From Hamiltosporidium tvaerminnensis FI-OER-3-3 (taxonomy: Eukaryota; Fungi; Microsporidia): a DNA stretch of 64,000 nucleotides. A program made the position numbers and the translations under genes. The notes beneath the pieces are model-generated. The model ran no database searches. It was not told the DNA's origin and saw only the letters and a list, made by a program, of their open reading frames with translations. Shown here in pieces: positions 48,740 to 60,906 of this stretch. Numbering within the stretch: the first letter of the stretch is position 1; every line of letters starts with the position of its first letter. The DNA lies in assembly GCA_022605425.2 (NCBI GenBank), contig JAKIMF020000004.1, positions 1,426,001 to 1,490,000 of the forward strand. Direction: 5' to 3'.

Positions 48740-49012
48740 TTACTTTTGTAATTTGTCTAAACAACTTATATAAAGTTTTCTAATTTCATTATTCTCATCT
48801 TTTATGGAAATTCGATTCTCCATTTTCGAAATTTTTTTAATAATATTACGATTTATTTTTTTAAATTTATTTATAGAACATTTCAATTCCTTTATTTTAT
48901 TTTCAACTTCTTCTAAGTTTTCATAGTCTAATTTACCAGCTTGTAGAACAGCTAGGCGTTCTTTTATAAATTTTTCGGTTAAAATTATTTCTTCTAATTT
49001 TTCGGTTAACAT
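48740..49012 (-). CDS. Small coiled-coil hypothetical protein (90 aa)
   Basis: Heptad-like E/K/L-rich ORF; CCC ~16 nt upstream; lies in a gene-dense block between UTP12 and RPB12. Confidence 0.55.
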   Translation of the reverse strand: MLTEKLEEIILTEKFIKERLAVLQAGKLDYENLEEVENKIKELKCSINKFKKINRNIIKKISKMENRISIKDENNEIRKLYISCLDKLQK

Positions 49013-49237
49013 TTACAAAGCTTGAATGGGTTACTCTTTTTTAATAAAACTTTTTAATACTCTTGTAAAGAAATCCATTTTAAAAAAAATTAAAAGGTTT
49101 TTCTACCATTTTTAAAAAAATGAGTGTAAAAAAAATGAAAAAAAACCCACCAATAAAAAATAATTGAACATTCGTTTACGTTGAATGAATTATAAAAATA
49201 TCAGATAAAAAAAATATTTAATTAAAACAAAGCATTA

Positions 49238-49393
49238 TTATCTAGCCTCAAATTGTACTGATTTTTCTGTTCTCATTTTGTAAAATATCCTGTAACCACA
49301 CTCTGTACATCTTATTGGATCTTTCCCCCGAACACGGTTTATTTTCTTACATTCTCTACATTGATATTCGAATAATTTCGTTTCTTCTTCCAT
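49238..49393 (-). CDS. RPB12: DNA-directed RNA polymerases I, II and III subunit RPABC4 (51 aa; not in the ORF track)
   Basis: MEEETKLFEYQCRECKKINRVRGKDPIRCTECGYRIFYKMRTEKSVQFEAR*: C4 zinc ribbon, IRCxECGYRI and the terminal QFEAR; CCC directly before ATG. Confidence 0.95.
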   Translation of the reverse strand: MEEETKLFEYQCRECKKINRVRGKDPIRCTECGYRIFYKMRTEKSVQFEAR

Positions 49394-50345
49394 GGGCTTA
49401 AACTAATTTAATTGTATTTAAAACGCTTATCGGTAGAAAAAAATTTATTTAAAAAAATGAACCGTTGAAAACGAATTAATAAAATTCCTATTAAAAAATG
49501 CAATAAAAGCCATGAATTCTATACGTGATTATGTATATATTTTATTTCCTTCATACGAAATATGGAACTGCCAAAATAAAAACTTATTCATTCTATATTT
49601 TACAGACCAAAAGAATGATAGAAAGTCAGAAACTAACACAATTTTTAAACCCCTTCTACTAGTTTCCAAGTTGTAACTTTTAAAAATATTACATTTTATT
49701 TGCACATCTTCATAACTTCTTGTTTCAATATATTCTAAATTCCTAATCATTAAGGCAAAGATAAAGTGATTTGTAGGGGTTTAATTGAAAATTACTCTCA
49801 AAAACCAAAAATTTGTTTCTTCAGTTTTAATACTTTTAAAAAATTATTCATTAAATTTTGAAAGAGCGAGATAAGTCAAAAATACACCTTTGTTGACACT
49901 AAAAGTGTTATATTGAAATTTTGCCAAGGCTATATAATCAGCATATCTATAGTTTACTAGGAAGAAGAAAACTTTTCGTTTTTTTTAATTTAAGTTTCTG
50001 AAAATTATATGAAAAGTTTAACAAGATGAACAGTATTCAAAATAAAAATACAAAATATCTTTTATTAGATGACTTAAAAATATAAATAAAATCGAAAGAG
50101 TTTATTAAAAATAGTTGGTAATTATAAAAATATTCAAATGTGATTGATGAGCGAGAAACTACAAAGCAACATGCACTTGCGTTTCAGCTCCGATATAGGT
50201 TGAATTTTGAATGAACTTCTTTCATTAAAAATAAAAATTACAAAATATACTTTATAAATCAAAGTATATAAATTTTTCAAGGAATATAAATTTCTTGAAT
50301 TTAAAAATATCAATGAAGATATTCTTATTCTAAATATTTAAATAA

Positions 50346-51075
50346 CTTTATTTAAAAGTATCACATCTTTTTTAAAATAGTGGCAAGTGTTATATTTGTT
50401 TTTATGACATTAACGCAGTTCTAGGTTTAACATAAATGACTGCTACCCCAAAACTCCATCGGTAACCCCTGCGATACCTACGTCCCAAAGCCTTTCATCT
50501 ACCAGGTGTGTAGAACCTAATTACTAGGCGAGGCAGTTGCCCGGAGTTCGTTAATGTCCGTTGCATGGAGTGTGATCGAAGGCCGAAGCCCCCCTGGGCT
50601 CCCCCAAGACTATGCAGCATTCCCACTTACTCTACACTTTCTGAACCCAATAAACTTCTAGCTAAGATATATTTCAGAGATTTACATGGGGTCCACCTAG
50701 ACAGTGCAATGTCATACCAACAGGTATAACCTGCTACTTAGCTCTTTCGGCTTTAAATGTTTTTTTATTTTTTATATCTCCCAGGCGCTAATTCTTCTAA
50801 CCCGAGTGAGCAAGGCTAGGTTTCCATGCTTTTACATGGCAATTACCTACATGTTCAGCTGCGGTCTGCAATCTGGTTACATAAAAAACTACAAATAAAT
50901 TTGTAGAAAAAGTTTCTCCATTTCTTAGACCTCTCCTCCTCATAGCAACTCCCAAGGAACAACCAAAGATGTAGTGTGGTTTTATTCCCACCAAAAATCC
51001 AAACAATGACCTCACACCAGTTTCACACACTCATTGCCAAGCAGAAAGTTTTTTATGTGGTTATCCTCCCTCCAC
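50346..51075 (-). mobile_element. 725-bp non-coding element, copy 4, with a perfect 24-bp TSD
   Basis: TTCTTATTCTAAATATTTAAATAA at 50322-50345 and 51078-51101. Confidence 0.93.
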
Positions 51076-52053
51076 TTTTCTTATTCTAAATATTTAAATA
51101 ATATTAAAAACTCTGATTGATCGAAAATAAATATTAAAAAAAAATTCAAGGGACTTATGAAGCTTGTAGCAAATAATATAACTTTAAATTTTAATGACAC
51201 TAACATTCACATAATCCGAGATCCTGTTAAAACCTACAAAGAAATTTAAATTTGATAAAAAGAACCAAACTATATAAAAAATAAGCTTAAATCGTAAACA
51301 ACTAAATATTTCAAAATCAATGAACTTAAAATACGTCTCAGAAATTTTCTTTGATTAAAGATGGTTTTTATTCTGCACTATAAATTAAAAATAATATTTG
51401 ATAAATTATACATAAGGGCGAGACATAGTAAGATTAATAGCATATAAAAAAAATCAAAGATATAACCACTAAAGATATATTTTACAAAACCACACAAACC
51501 TTTGAATTTATAAAATTCTTAAAAAATACCGACAAATATGAGTTTTATTACACAAAATTATGAATATAATTCAATGTAATTTATATTCTGATAACTCTTA
51601 ACAGAATACTAAAGAATAATAATATAAATTGAGTAATAAAAACAATTCAAATTTAGTAAGAGCTCGAAAAAAGAAGCAAATATAAGTACAGATTCTAATA
51701 TTTTTACATACAATGTTTTTAATAAACATTAAATGTTTAAGTACCTAGAAGATTCTAGATAAGGTTTGACTGCAAACAAAAAAACTGAAAAATCACGATT
51801 GGGAATTTAAAAACACGGAACACCAACATCAAAAAGTGAAACAATTAGATTTAAAATTACTTTAGAAATATAGTTTTTTGAGTAAAACTAATATATAAAG
51901 AATCTATTTTTCTTAATTCACTATATATAAGTTATGTAAATTTATTTTTTGATTAATAAATTTACGACTTATTAAAGTAACCATCGACCTAGTTTATTTT
52001 AAAATCGCAATAATGTAATAAATTAGAAAAAATTCAAATCAAAAATCTTTATT

Positions 52054-53835
52054 TTACCTTCTTTTGTAAATAAACCAATATGCGCCGAAAATAACTCCAA
52101 AAATGAAAACGATCGTAACTAGGATAAGAAGTAAAAGCCTTCTAATACCAAATTTCTGCGAGTCAGTCTTGTTATCAGAAGTTGGGGTTTGGATTACCGG
52201 AATTGTAAAAATCTTTTTTCTTTCTTCGGGGCTAAGCTTTGAAAACTCTTGTTTAAAAACATATATAAATATGTTATTCTGATTAACTACAAGTTCTTCA
52301 TTAAATTTATATCCTTTATTCTTTAAATATTCTTTCAATAGTTGGTTATATTTGTTTTTCCAAGAGGAATTAGTAAATAACTTTACAAAAATAAAATTTT
52401 TCAATATTCTGTATGTTTTAGGTAATAAAAACCGATTAAAAGTGCTTTGGGCCAAGTTTTTATCGTATTTTATGTCATTTTGGTCAAGATATGTTTTAAT
52501 ATATGGTATAAAAGGTACCATATATGTATTTATAATAGAAGGATCTTTATTTACCTTTTCAAATTCTATCTTCAAAACATCTGCAATAAATAAAATTTCA
52601 AGAATGCTTCGGAGTTTTTTTTCTTTAGATGTAACTATTTCTTTAAAACAAAACGCCTTCGAAAAAAGTACTTCCGATATATATTCATGGTATTCTGTTT
52701 TAGAAATATTTTTCAAGAAAACGTATAAAGCATTTATATAGTTGATCTCTTTTCTTTTCACAATATTTTCAATGAATTCTAATGAGACGTTTGAATCCTC
52801 CGGTTTAGCAGTAGATTGAATTTTCTTGCCACTAAATTCGTATATTTTTTCAAAACCATCCTTTACTGTCAAAACTTTTCTGAAAATTGGCTCAGAAATA
52901 TTTTCTGCGATTTTTTTGTATGAGTTGAAATTCATTTTCCTAGGAAATTTATCTATTGATTCTGCATCACTTCTTAAAAAATTTAAAAGTTGGCGATCAT
53001 CAGTTGAGTATTTTTCAATTGTAGATGTCGAAGTATTTTTTTTGCCGGATAAAAATAGATACTTTAGAATTAAAAAAAAACTAAAATAATTTTCTAACGT
53101 TGCATTGGCTAGAAAAATACCCAACTCATTATAAACTGACTTAAAAAAAAATTTTGTGCGCAATTTTAGATTCTCTAGCATAGATATATCTATTTTATTA
53201 TCTCGGTTTAAACTATTTTCTATATTGCTACATATAAAGGGATATTTGGCATTTAAAATATCGTAAGCCTTTTTAAACCACACATCGGGATCAACACATT
53301 CATTTTGTAATCTATATGTTATGAGTTTGACAGAAATATTGTAAGCCTTTTTAAACCACACATCGTGATCAACACATTCATTTTCTAATCTATATGTTAT
53401 GAGTTTGACAGAAATATCTTTAATAATCAATTTAATGCTCTCATCATTTTTGCAAAATTCAAAAAATCTCCCAAAAGTAATCAGATTAAATAAAAGTTCC
53501 GGTCTATATTTTTGCATATCAATTTTATTATCAGGATGATATACAAAGTAACAAATCCAAGTTGTAAAATAAGCTAAGAATGTATCTGATTCATTGTTTG
53601 TATATTCTTGTATTTTTTTGTAATAAAAGCTTGTGGTTTTAACCATTTCTTCTTTTCTTTCGTCTTTAATATTGAGTTCTAACTTATCAAAACATTTTTT
53701 CACTTGATCATCAGCTCCGATTTCATAAGATATTTCAAGATAATTGTCACCTATAGATAGTGAATCTTCTGAAATAGCTGTATATTCAAATCCCGATGCA
53801 TATATTATTTTACAAATAAAAATAAAAAAATTCAT
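52054..53835 (-). CDS. Orphan type-I membrane or surface protein, 593 aa
   Basis: Signal-like MNFFIFICKIIYA, C-terminal hydrophobic LLLLILVTIVFIFGVIFGAYWFIY followed by KRR; CCC directly before ATG. Confidence 0.85.
   Translation of the reverse strand: MNFFIFICKIIYASGFEYTAISEDSLSIGDNYLEISYEIGADDQVKKCFDKLELNIKDERKEEMVKTTSFYYKKIQEYTNNESDTFLAYFTTWICYFVYHPDNKIDMQKYRPELLFNLITFGRFFEFCKNDESIKLIIKDISVKLITYRLENECVDHDVWFKKAYNISVKLITYRLQNECVDPDVWFKKAYDILNAKYPFICSNIENSLNRDNKIDISMLENLKLRTKFFFKSVYNELGIFLANATLENYFSFFLILKYLFLSGKKNTSTSTIEKYSTDDRQLLNFLRSDAESIDKFPRKMNFNSYKKIAENISEPIFRKVLTVKDGFEKIYEFSGKKIQSTAKPEDSNVSLEFIENIVKRKEINYINALYVFLKNISKTEYHEYISEVLFSKAFCFKEIVTSKEKKLRSILEILFIADVLKIEFEKVNKDPSIINTYMVPFIPYIKTYLDQNDIKYDKNLAQSTFNRFLLPKTYRILKNFIFVKLFTNSSWKNKYNQLLKEYLKNKGYKFNEELVVNQNNIFIYVFKQEFSKLSPEERKKIFTIPVIQTPTSDNKTDSQKFGIRRLLLLILVTIVFIFGVIFGAYWFIYKRR
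53263..53418. repeat. Recent in-frame 78-bp (26-aa) tandem duplication within the surface protein
   Basis: ISVKLITYRL(E/Q)NECVD(H/P)DVWFKKAY occurs twice; the DNA copies are nearly identical. Confidence 0.9.
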
Positions 53836-56800
53836 GGGAATATAATATTTTCAAGTTATGCGTTTGATAATTTGTCTAAAAATAGTAAATTTTCTTGTTA
53901 AAATAATTAACTAAAAATAGAATTTCAATTTTTTTTCATAAATTTTAGTTTTTTTTATTGGAATTTTATAAAATCCTGATCAAATAAAGCTTTTTGATAA
54001 ATTTGACATTGATCTATTCATCATGTAATTTGATCTTTAAAAATATTGTAAGAAATTATCATAGTTTTATAAATTAACATAAACAGTTAAAAACAAAGAT
54101 TAATATCTTTTCATCGTAAAATTTTTTGGAATTATTAAACAACTTAAAAATATAAAATAAACAGTTTTTTTTGGTAGTTTTATAAATGAAGAATAGATTT
54201 ATATTCTGGATTCAAGTAAAACTTTCAAATCCTTGATTTATACAAATATTTGTATTTTTAAAAAATGAAATTTTCAGCTTTATTTAAAAAATTATACAAA
54301 CAACTATAAAAATAAAAAGAAAAAAAACATTTAGGATTGTATCAACGGATTCATTATCTCTTGCTTTAGGATATATAATTGCTATATCATGATTTAATAG
54401 AGATAATAATTAAATCATTGAATCAAATGATTAACTATTTTTTTAATGTAACAAAAATATAATTTTTTTATTTAAAAGGAGTTAATCATTATTTTTTTTG
54501 GGTAAATTTTTACTTTTTTTTTATTGAACCTTAAATGCAGAGGAATATTTTCTGATTAATTTTATAAATATTTATGTATATGTAAACATAGATTCAAATT
54601 ATTTAATATTTTTTTTCTTGCATTATGGCTTTTCACAAGACGTAAACGATTTGATTCTTATTAAAAAAATATATCACCAAAAAATGCATATTTTTTAATC
54701 AAAAGATTTTGTTTTGTAATAAATTATTTTACCATAAAATAACAGAATATGAAACACTTTTTTAATAATTTCTTGTTATATTTGGTATTAAAATAATTTT
54801 TAAATATAAAACTAAAATGTATCTTTTATTTTTGTTTAATTTAGTCCAAAATATGAACATAAAGCAAAAATAGCAACAAACAAGTCTCAATCCTACATAA
54901 TATGCGTTATGTATCTAGAGATTGAATTATTTTGCATATTTACGTAAGAAGTAGTAGAATGCAATTTAAAAACCAAAAAGAAAAGAAATATTTGCAACTT
55001 AACCACATAATTGTTTTAAGTTTTTTAGAAATATAAGTTAATTTAATTTAAAAATAGAAAAATCTATTATTTTCTCATTTATATATTGGTCGAATATTTT
55101 TCCTGATAAATGTTTTGATGCGATTTTTTTAATAGTTTTCACAAAAAACTTTCCATAGCATAACATTATCGTAGAGTAAAAATACTTTCTATTTTAATGT
55201 AATCAGAATTTTTTTGACTTCTTAAGAATCTTTCGACGCAGATTTCTTTTACCTTATACAAAGGGTCATTGTATTTATTAGTTTGATTGTTGTAAAACGT
55301 TTCATATGCTATACTGCAGAATGTCAAAAAAATACTTGATTTTTAATTCAAAGGTTTTCTTGCAATAAAATATATCATTTCTTATCTAATTATATCCGTT
55401 TGCGTGTTCTTTAATTAAAAAAAAATCAATAATAGTTTATGGATTTTTCATTATTTGCTGGAGTTTCGGAAAGTGCTCCTTTCGTCAAGCGATCGCTTAT
55501 TCAACTGTTTTATCTTAAAAAATTCTAAAACAGAACATTATGCTCCAGTTCAAAAAAACTTTTTTATTTCACTATCAATATATCAGTACAACAATTTTTT
55601 TGTGCTTTAAAATTAATTATATACTACATAGTTAAACAATTTGATTAATTCTTAAGTAATTTCTAGTCTTAAATATTTCAGTTTTATACATTAAAACAAA
55701 CCTTCTTATACATTTCTATCTGAGAAAATATTAAACAAATATTTCATCAAAAAGACACAAATTTGAATTCAGAGGCTATAAATCAAGAAAATGTAAAATC
55801 TAGAAAGAATTTACTTTTCAAACAGATACATAAATTGCAAAATCTCGAATTTGAGAAAAATAGGAAATATTAAAATTTACTAAGAATATAACAAAGTAAA
55901 TTTCCTAGACGAATCAATTAAAAATGAATGGAAATCTATATAAAGGAAATGATAGTTAATACCAGCCTTACCCGAATCTTTTTAGTTCTGTACATTCTCT
56001 TGAAAATTTTCTCAAATGAAAGTTCGAATAATACCAATAGAATTTCTAGTGATTCATTAGAATAGGAAGAATGCTAAAGCTTCTGTTATAAATGAAGGAG
56101 CACAAAAACATTCCATTATTTATTAAAATATAAATTAAGTAAAAATCTAAATCGATGAGAAACGAATCCTATTATTTTAAAGATAAAATTTTTGTTGGAA
56201 ACCAAAAAGCTTATATATTACGGTCTTTTGTACCTCGCGGTATTTAAGGAAACTAAAAAAATTTACAGACTTCATAAAACTTTTAATGTTTTGAAGAATC
56301 CTTATAAATTTGGATTTAGCAAATAAAATATATAAAGTCGAATTAATAGATTATTACTTCTTTGTATAAGATTCTTCTATGTGTGTTTGTATTATTTGCT
56401 AAAGACAAAGATAAAAACATTTATTTAGGTATTATAAATTTTTAAAGATAGATTTTATTACAATGCGTATATTTCATTTCCTCAAGGTAAAATTATTAAC
56501 ATATACGCTTATTTCTTAAATTTTTTTTTGATATTATATGGCACAAATAATATACTACATTTTTCTTATCTTTCTTATTATTTTTGCTTTCTAGAGGTTA
56601 CTCTCCTTTTCTATGGTAGATAATCCGAAATATCCGTTGAATTCCAAAAAGCGTAATATTTCTTTTTGCAAAAATAAAATGTATATGAGTGTAAAATTGT
56701 ACATTAAAGTTTTTAAACCATGTAAATGATTCCAATTTAATATTACCAGACGCTTCAGGGACTTAAATAATTTTTTTGGAACAAATAGAAAAAAATAGAA

Positions 56801-59800
56801 ATTTAAAATTTATGGTTCTTGGTTTAGAAATAAATTTTTTGTTTTGGCTTTTTCCTGACAAAAAAAGTTAATTAAATGAACAAGCCAGTATTTAAATATA
56901 TTTCTAAATAAACAAAAATAGAGATAAAATTTTGAACCATTCGGGTTTTTTCTATGATTTAATTCAAAGTTGTAGTAGATTATTTAAATATATCTAGAAC
57001 ATAGTTCATAAAAAGATTTTGAAATATCTTTTGAGATTTTAATATAATTATTATAAGGATTTGATTTTATTTTTTCCTCTAACTGTAAGCTTCAACCGAA
57101 AATGTGGCTACTAAAAAAAATCTAAAGAGCCGAATCCGGATTAATCTGAGAACCCGTTTATTTAACGAAAAGAGTGTACACAGATGCCCAAATATTACAA
57201 AAGCCGTTATAATCCCTTCTTTAATATCAAACCTTTAATAAAAGCATAAAACATAAGAGGTCTAGATAACGATGATTATTCAGAAATAATATCTTTTTTT
57301 ATATATTTACACTAGAGTTAGCTAAACGAATTATTTTACACATCAGACCTTCAAAATATAGTCATATAAATCAAAACTGAAGTTTTACTGTATTATTACA
57401 ATATTTTGTATTTTATATAGATATTACCAGAATTTTAATATTATATGCAAATATAGTGAATTCGATTATTTAACCTTACTATCTCTCAAAGAAAATATTA
57501 GTTGATTAACATTTGAAATTATAAACAATATTTAATAGTGAAATAACAAATTAGCAGTTTTAAGCAACGATTTATTAGCTAATAGGACTATTTTTAATCA
57601 AATTGTTCCATTTTTTAGTATCATATAGGCTTAAAAATTAAAAAAAATCTTTTTACTTGTAAGAATTCTAGAAATTAGAAAATTAACAATTATAAACTAT
57701 TTCTTGTAAATTTGTGGTTTAGGCAGTAATTTAGTTAAATTAGAAACCAATATAAAAAGAAATATTTTTTTTGAAAATTTGGTTATAATTTTGAATCAGA
57801 GCTTATATTTTAAAGTTTTAATTTCTAATCAGCAAAAAAAACGAAAATATTTCCTCACTATATAAATTTACATTAAAGTGATTAAAACAGCAATAAATTT
57901 AAAAAGCCTTCCTACGTAGACTCCAATAATAAACTTGAAAAATCGAATGAAAGAAATATATTCTCAAATTTTATTTCAAAAATATAAAAAAAAATATTAA
58001 TATATTGTTAAATTGCTTTATAGGTTATACGAAAATATATAGTCAATTTAAGATTTTCTATTATTCGGATATACCCTAAAAACATCAATTATGTATAATA
58101 TTATAACCGAATGATCTTCCTTCGAATGTTTAATAATTTATAAAATCCAAGTGATCAATATTTTCTCAAAAAAATAGTCCAAACAGTTCAATGTTTGAAT
58201 TTATTAGAAAATTTAGTTAGGAATATAACTTTTTGAAATTGTAAAATATAATCATGCACATCTTTGATTCACTTGGACTATATTTTTTGAAAAATAAGAT
58301 TGTTTTGGAAATTTCAAAAAAATCTAAAATGAATTGAAATTATATTACGCGCATAAATAACTTAAATTAAAATTTTTAAAAAATGAATACTTAAACAATA
58401 ACTTCTAAAGAACGTTGCATTAAAATATAAGTATATGGGTTTACCCAAAGAAGAATTTTTATGTCTGTGCCATATGCATTCTAGTTTATACAACTTAGCA
58501 CAATATATTTATTTTTTTATTTGTCGCTGGTAAAATAAATCAACAAATAACTTTGAATAAAACCTCGAAACGGTATGTAAATCTTAGCCTATTCGGATCA
58601 AAAATAAATTTTTAGACGTCTGAAAATCGGTTAAGGTTTATTAATTGTACAAAAAAAAATTTTTAGAGTAATTGAACCTAAAGAAATAAAATGTAAAGAT
58701 TCAAGCGATGTATTCTTTGTTGTAATATAAGTTCTTTATATGAAGATAAAATATGGTTATATCTATGATGTAAACCGCTTGATACCTCAAAATAAATATT
58801 ATGTGTGTTTTAGAGAACATACTTAATTGATTCTTTTATATTAAGATATAGTTCCTCTATACATTTTTTTGGGCTTAACTATATTTAATTTAGATAGTCA
58901 AGATATTTTAAATATGATTTTAACATATATTTCCATACCCGGTGTGAAGTTTGGATTTTTTAGGGTTTGGTGACTTTCTTTCTGAACAAGAATAAAAGGT
59001 ACAAGTAAAAGAGAATTTTTTCTAAATAAATAAATTAAATAATAAAATACATATAAATTTAACATGGTTTCTCTTGCACCAAAATGAAGCATATAAAAAT
59101 AAATAAGTATTTTTTATCCTAAAAAAAGAATCGATACCACAACTGATTTTGAAAATTAGCAAATATTTTTACATTAAAATTTATATGCAATAAATTATGT
59201 TTATAATCCGATAGCACATCATTACGATCAGATTTATATAAATTGAGTAAGAATTCTAGAACACAGTATTTTTTTTATCCTTACTAATTATATGTTTTGC
59301 AGATAAAAGGTTATTGATTGCGAGTTTGATATAATAATACAGTCAAAAAATATTATCCCTACCTGTAAAAATGAATAGTAGTAGATATTATAGGAAACTA
59401 TATATAAACTTGCTCAATTAATTGCCAATACTGATATATAGATTATATAATAAAAGATTTAGTTATCAGAAAATACGTAAATAGATACGAAATTTAGAAT
59501 ACCTTAAGAGATAGAAGTCTAAAAAATAAACCAAATAAACGCCTTATGTACTGAAAACAAATAAAAACAATTAAAGCCTTTTCGATTGAAAAGTACGATT
59601 TAGCTACATTCCAAAGATATAAATTAAAATTTAAAAAAATTACTGAAACAAAAGTTTCTTAAAGAAAAAAATCTCTAGTAGAGGTATAAATTCGAAATCA
59701 TTTTAACTATAAAAATTAATTGCTTAAAAATAGAAAAAAATATTTCTCAAAAACTGATTAAACTTGTTGATAACATATAAATTACAAAAATTCAAATAAT

Positions 59801-60906
59801 GTTCAAAATTGTACTTATACTACTACCTATTGTTAATCTATTAAATAATTATAATATTAAAAATTATATATTGAAAAATTTCTTAGTGAAAATCATCGAA
59901 CTGTATTCATAAATACAACTGTTTTTTAATTGATTGTGATTTATTTATAAACAATCAATTTGGTTATCAACATATATATTTCATTATTCAATTAAGAAAA
60001 AAGAGGCAGAGTTTTATTATACAGTGTTGGTTTTGTATCTAATAATTTGCTGTGATTAATTTTTTCAAAACATATTGAGCAGCGAAGAACTATAATGAAA
60101 ATATGAAAAAATGTAAAAACTTGCATTCTGAGAATATTTGAACTTAAATTTTCATTAAGATACGTATGTTAATCTGAAGAAAAGGCGTTAATTTTGCCAT
60201 ATTTTTCTTTTATATAATGATTTTTTAATTATAATTCATCAAAAAAAATGTTCGTGCCGATAGTCCAGTAGCCATAAAAATCCGAATTTACTTCCGAAGA
60301 AAAAGTATAATGTATTAGGTGTAGCCCAAAAAAAACATGACGGCAAAATTGAACAAATATGAAACCGCAAAAATGCGATTTATAAGGTACCGGATAGCTT
60401 TGAAAGTTTGAAATCAAATCGCTGGAAATATTTTTAAATTTTATGATATTTGAATTTTCTAGAACATTTCTTTGGTCAACTAAACAAAAATTTAAGAGTT
60501 ATAAAAAATTATCACTAAAACTAAAATGTATCTTGATATTATAATAAATGGTTGTATTTTTTATTAAATTCAAATATAATGGTTCTAATTCAATAATACA
60601 AAAGATCGGAAATTAATATTCTTAGATGATAAAAAGTACGAACCGTAAATAACCAGAAATATAAAACTTTCATCTTGTAAAGTAATTTTCTAAAACTGTC
60701 ATTTTTTAATCTGTATGTCTTAAAGCTTTCGGGTTGCTTGAATCAAATTTCTTTTAGTAAAAATATTCTACCAGAAAATGCAAATTTCTAAAATTTTTAT
60801 GATTCTTGTATTACATGACCCAGAATCTAAAAAAATGAAAATTTTTAAATTCTAAAAGAATCGATAGAACAATAAAAAAATTATATACGTACAAAAAAAG
60901 TTAACC

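Noticed and set aside
49620-49780. 73-aa ORF or possible box C/D snoRNA (ATGATTA...CTGA) downstream of a CCCC motif on the minus strand
   Set aside because: Box C is imperfect, I see no terminal stem or recognisable rRNA antisense element, and the ORF has no homology; evidence is insufficient.
50797-51030. 77-aa ORF inside the 725-bp element (also 50704-50898 and 25808-26002)
   Set aside because: The frame is not preserved in other copies (e.g. GCA GCT TAA in copy 2, indels elsewhere); treated as incidental.
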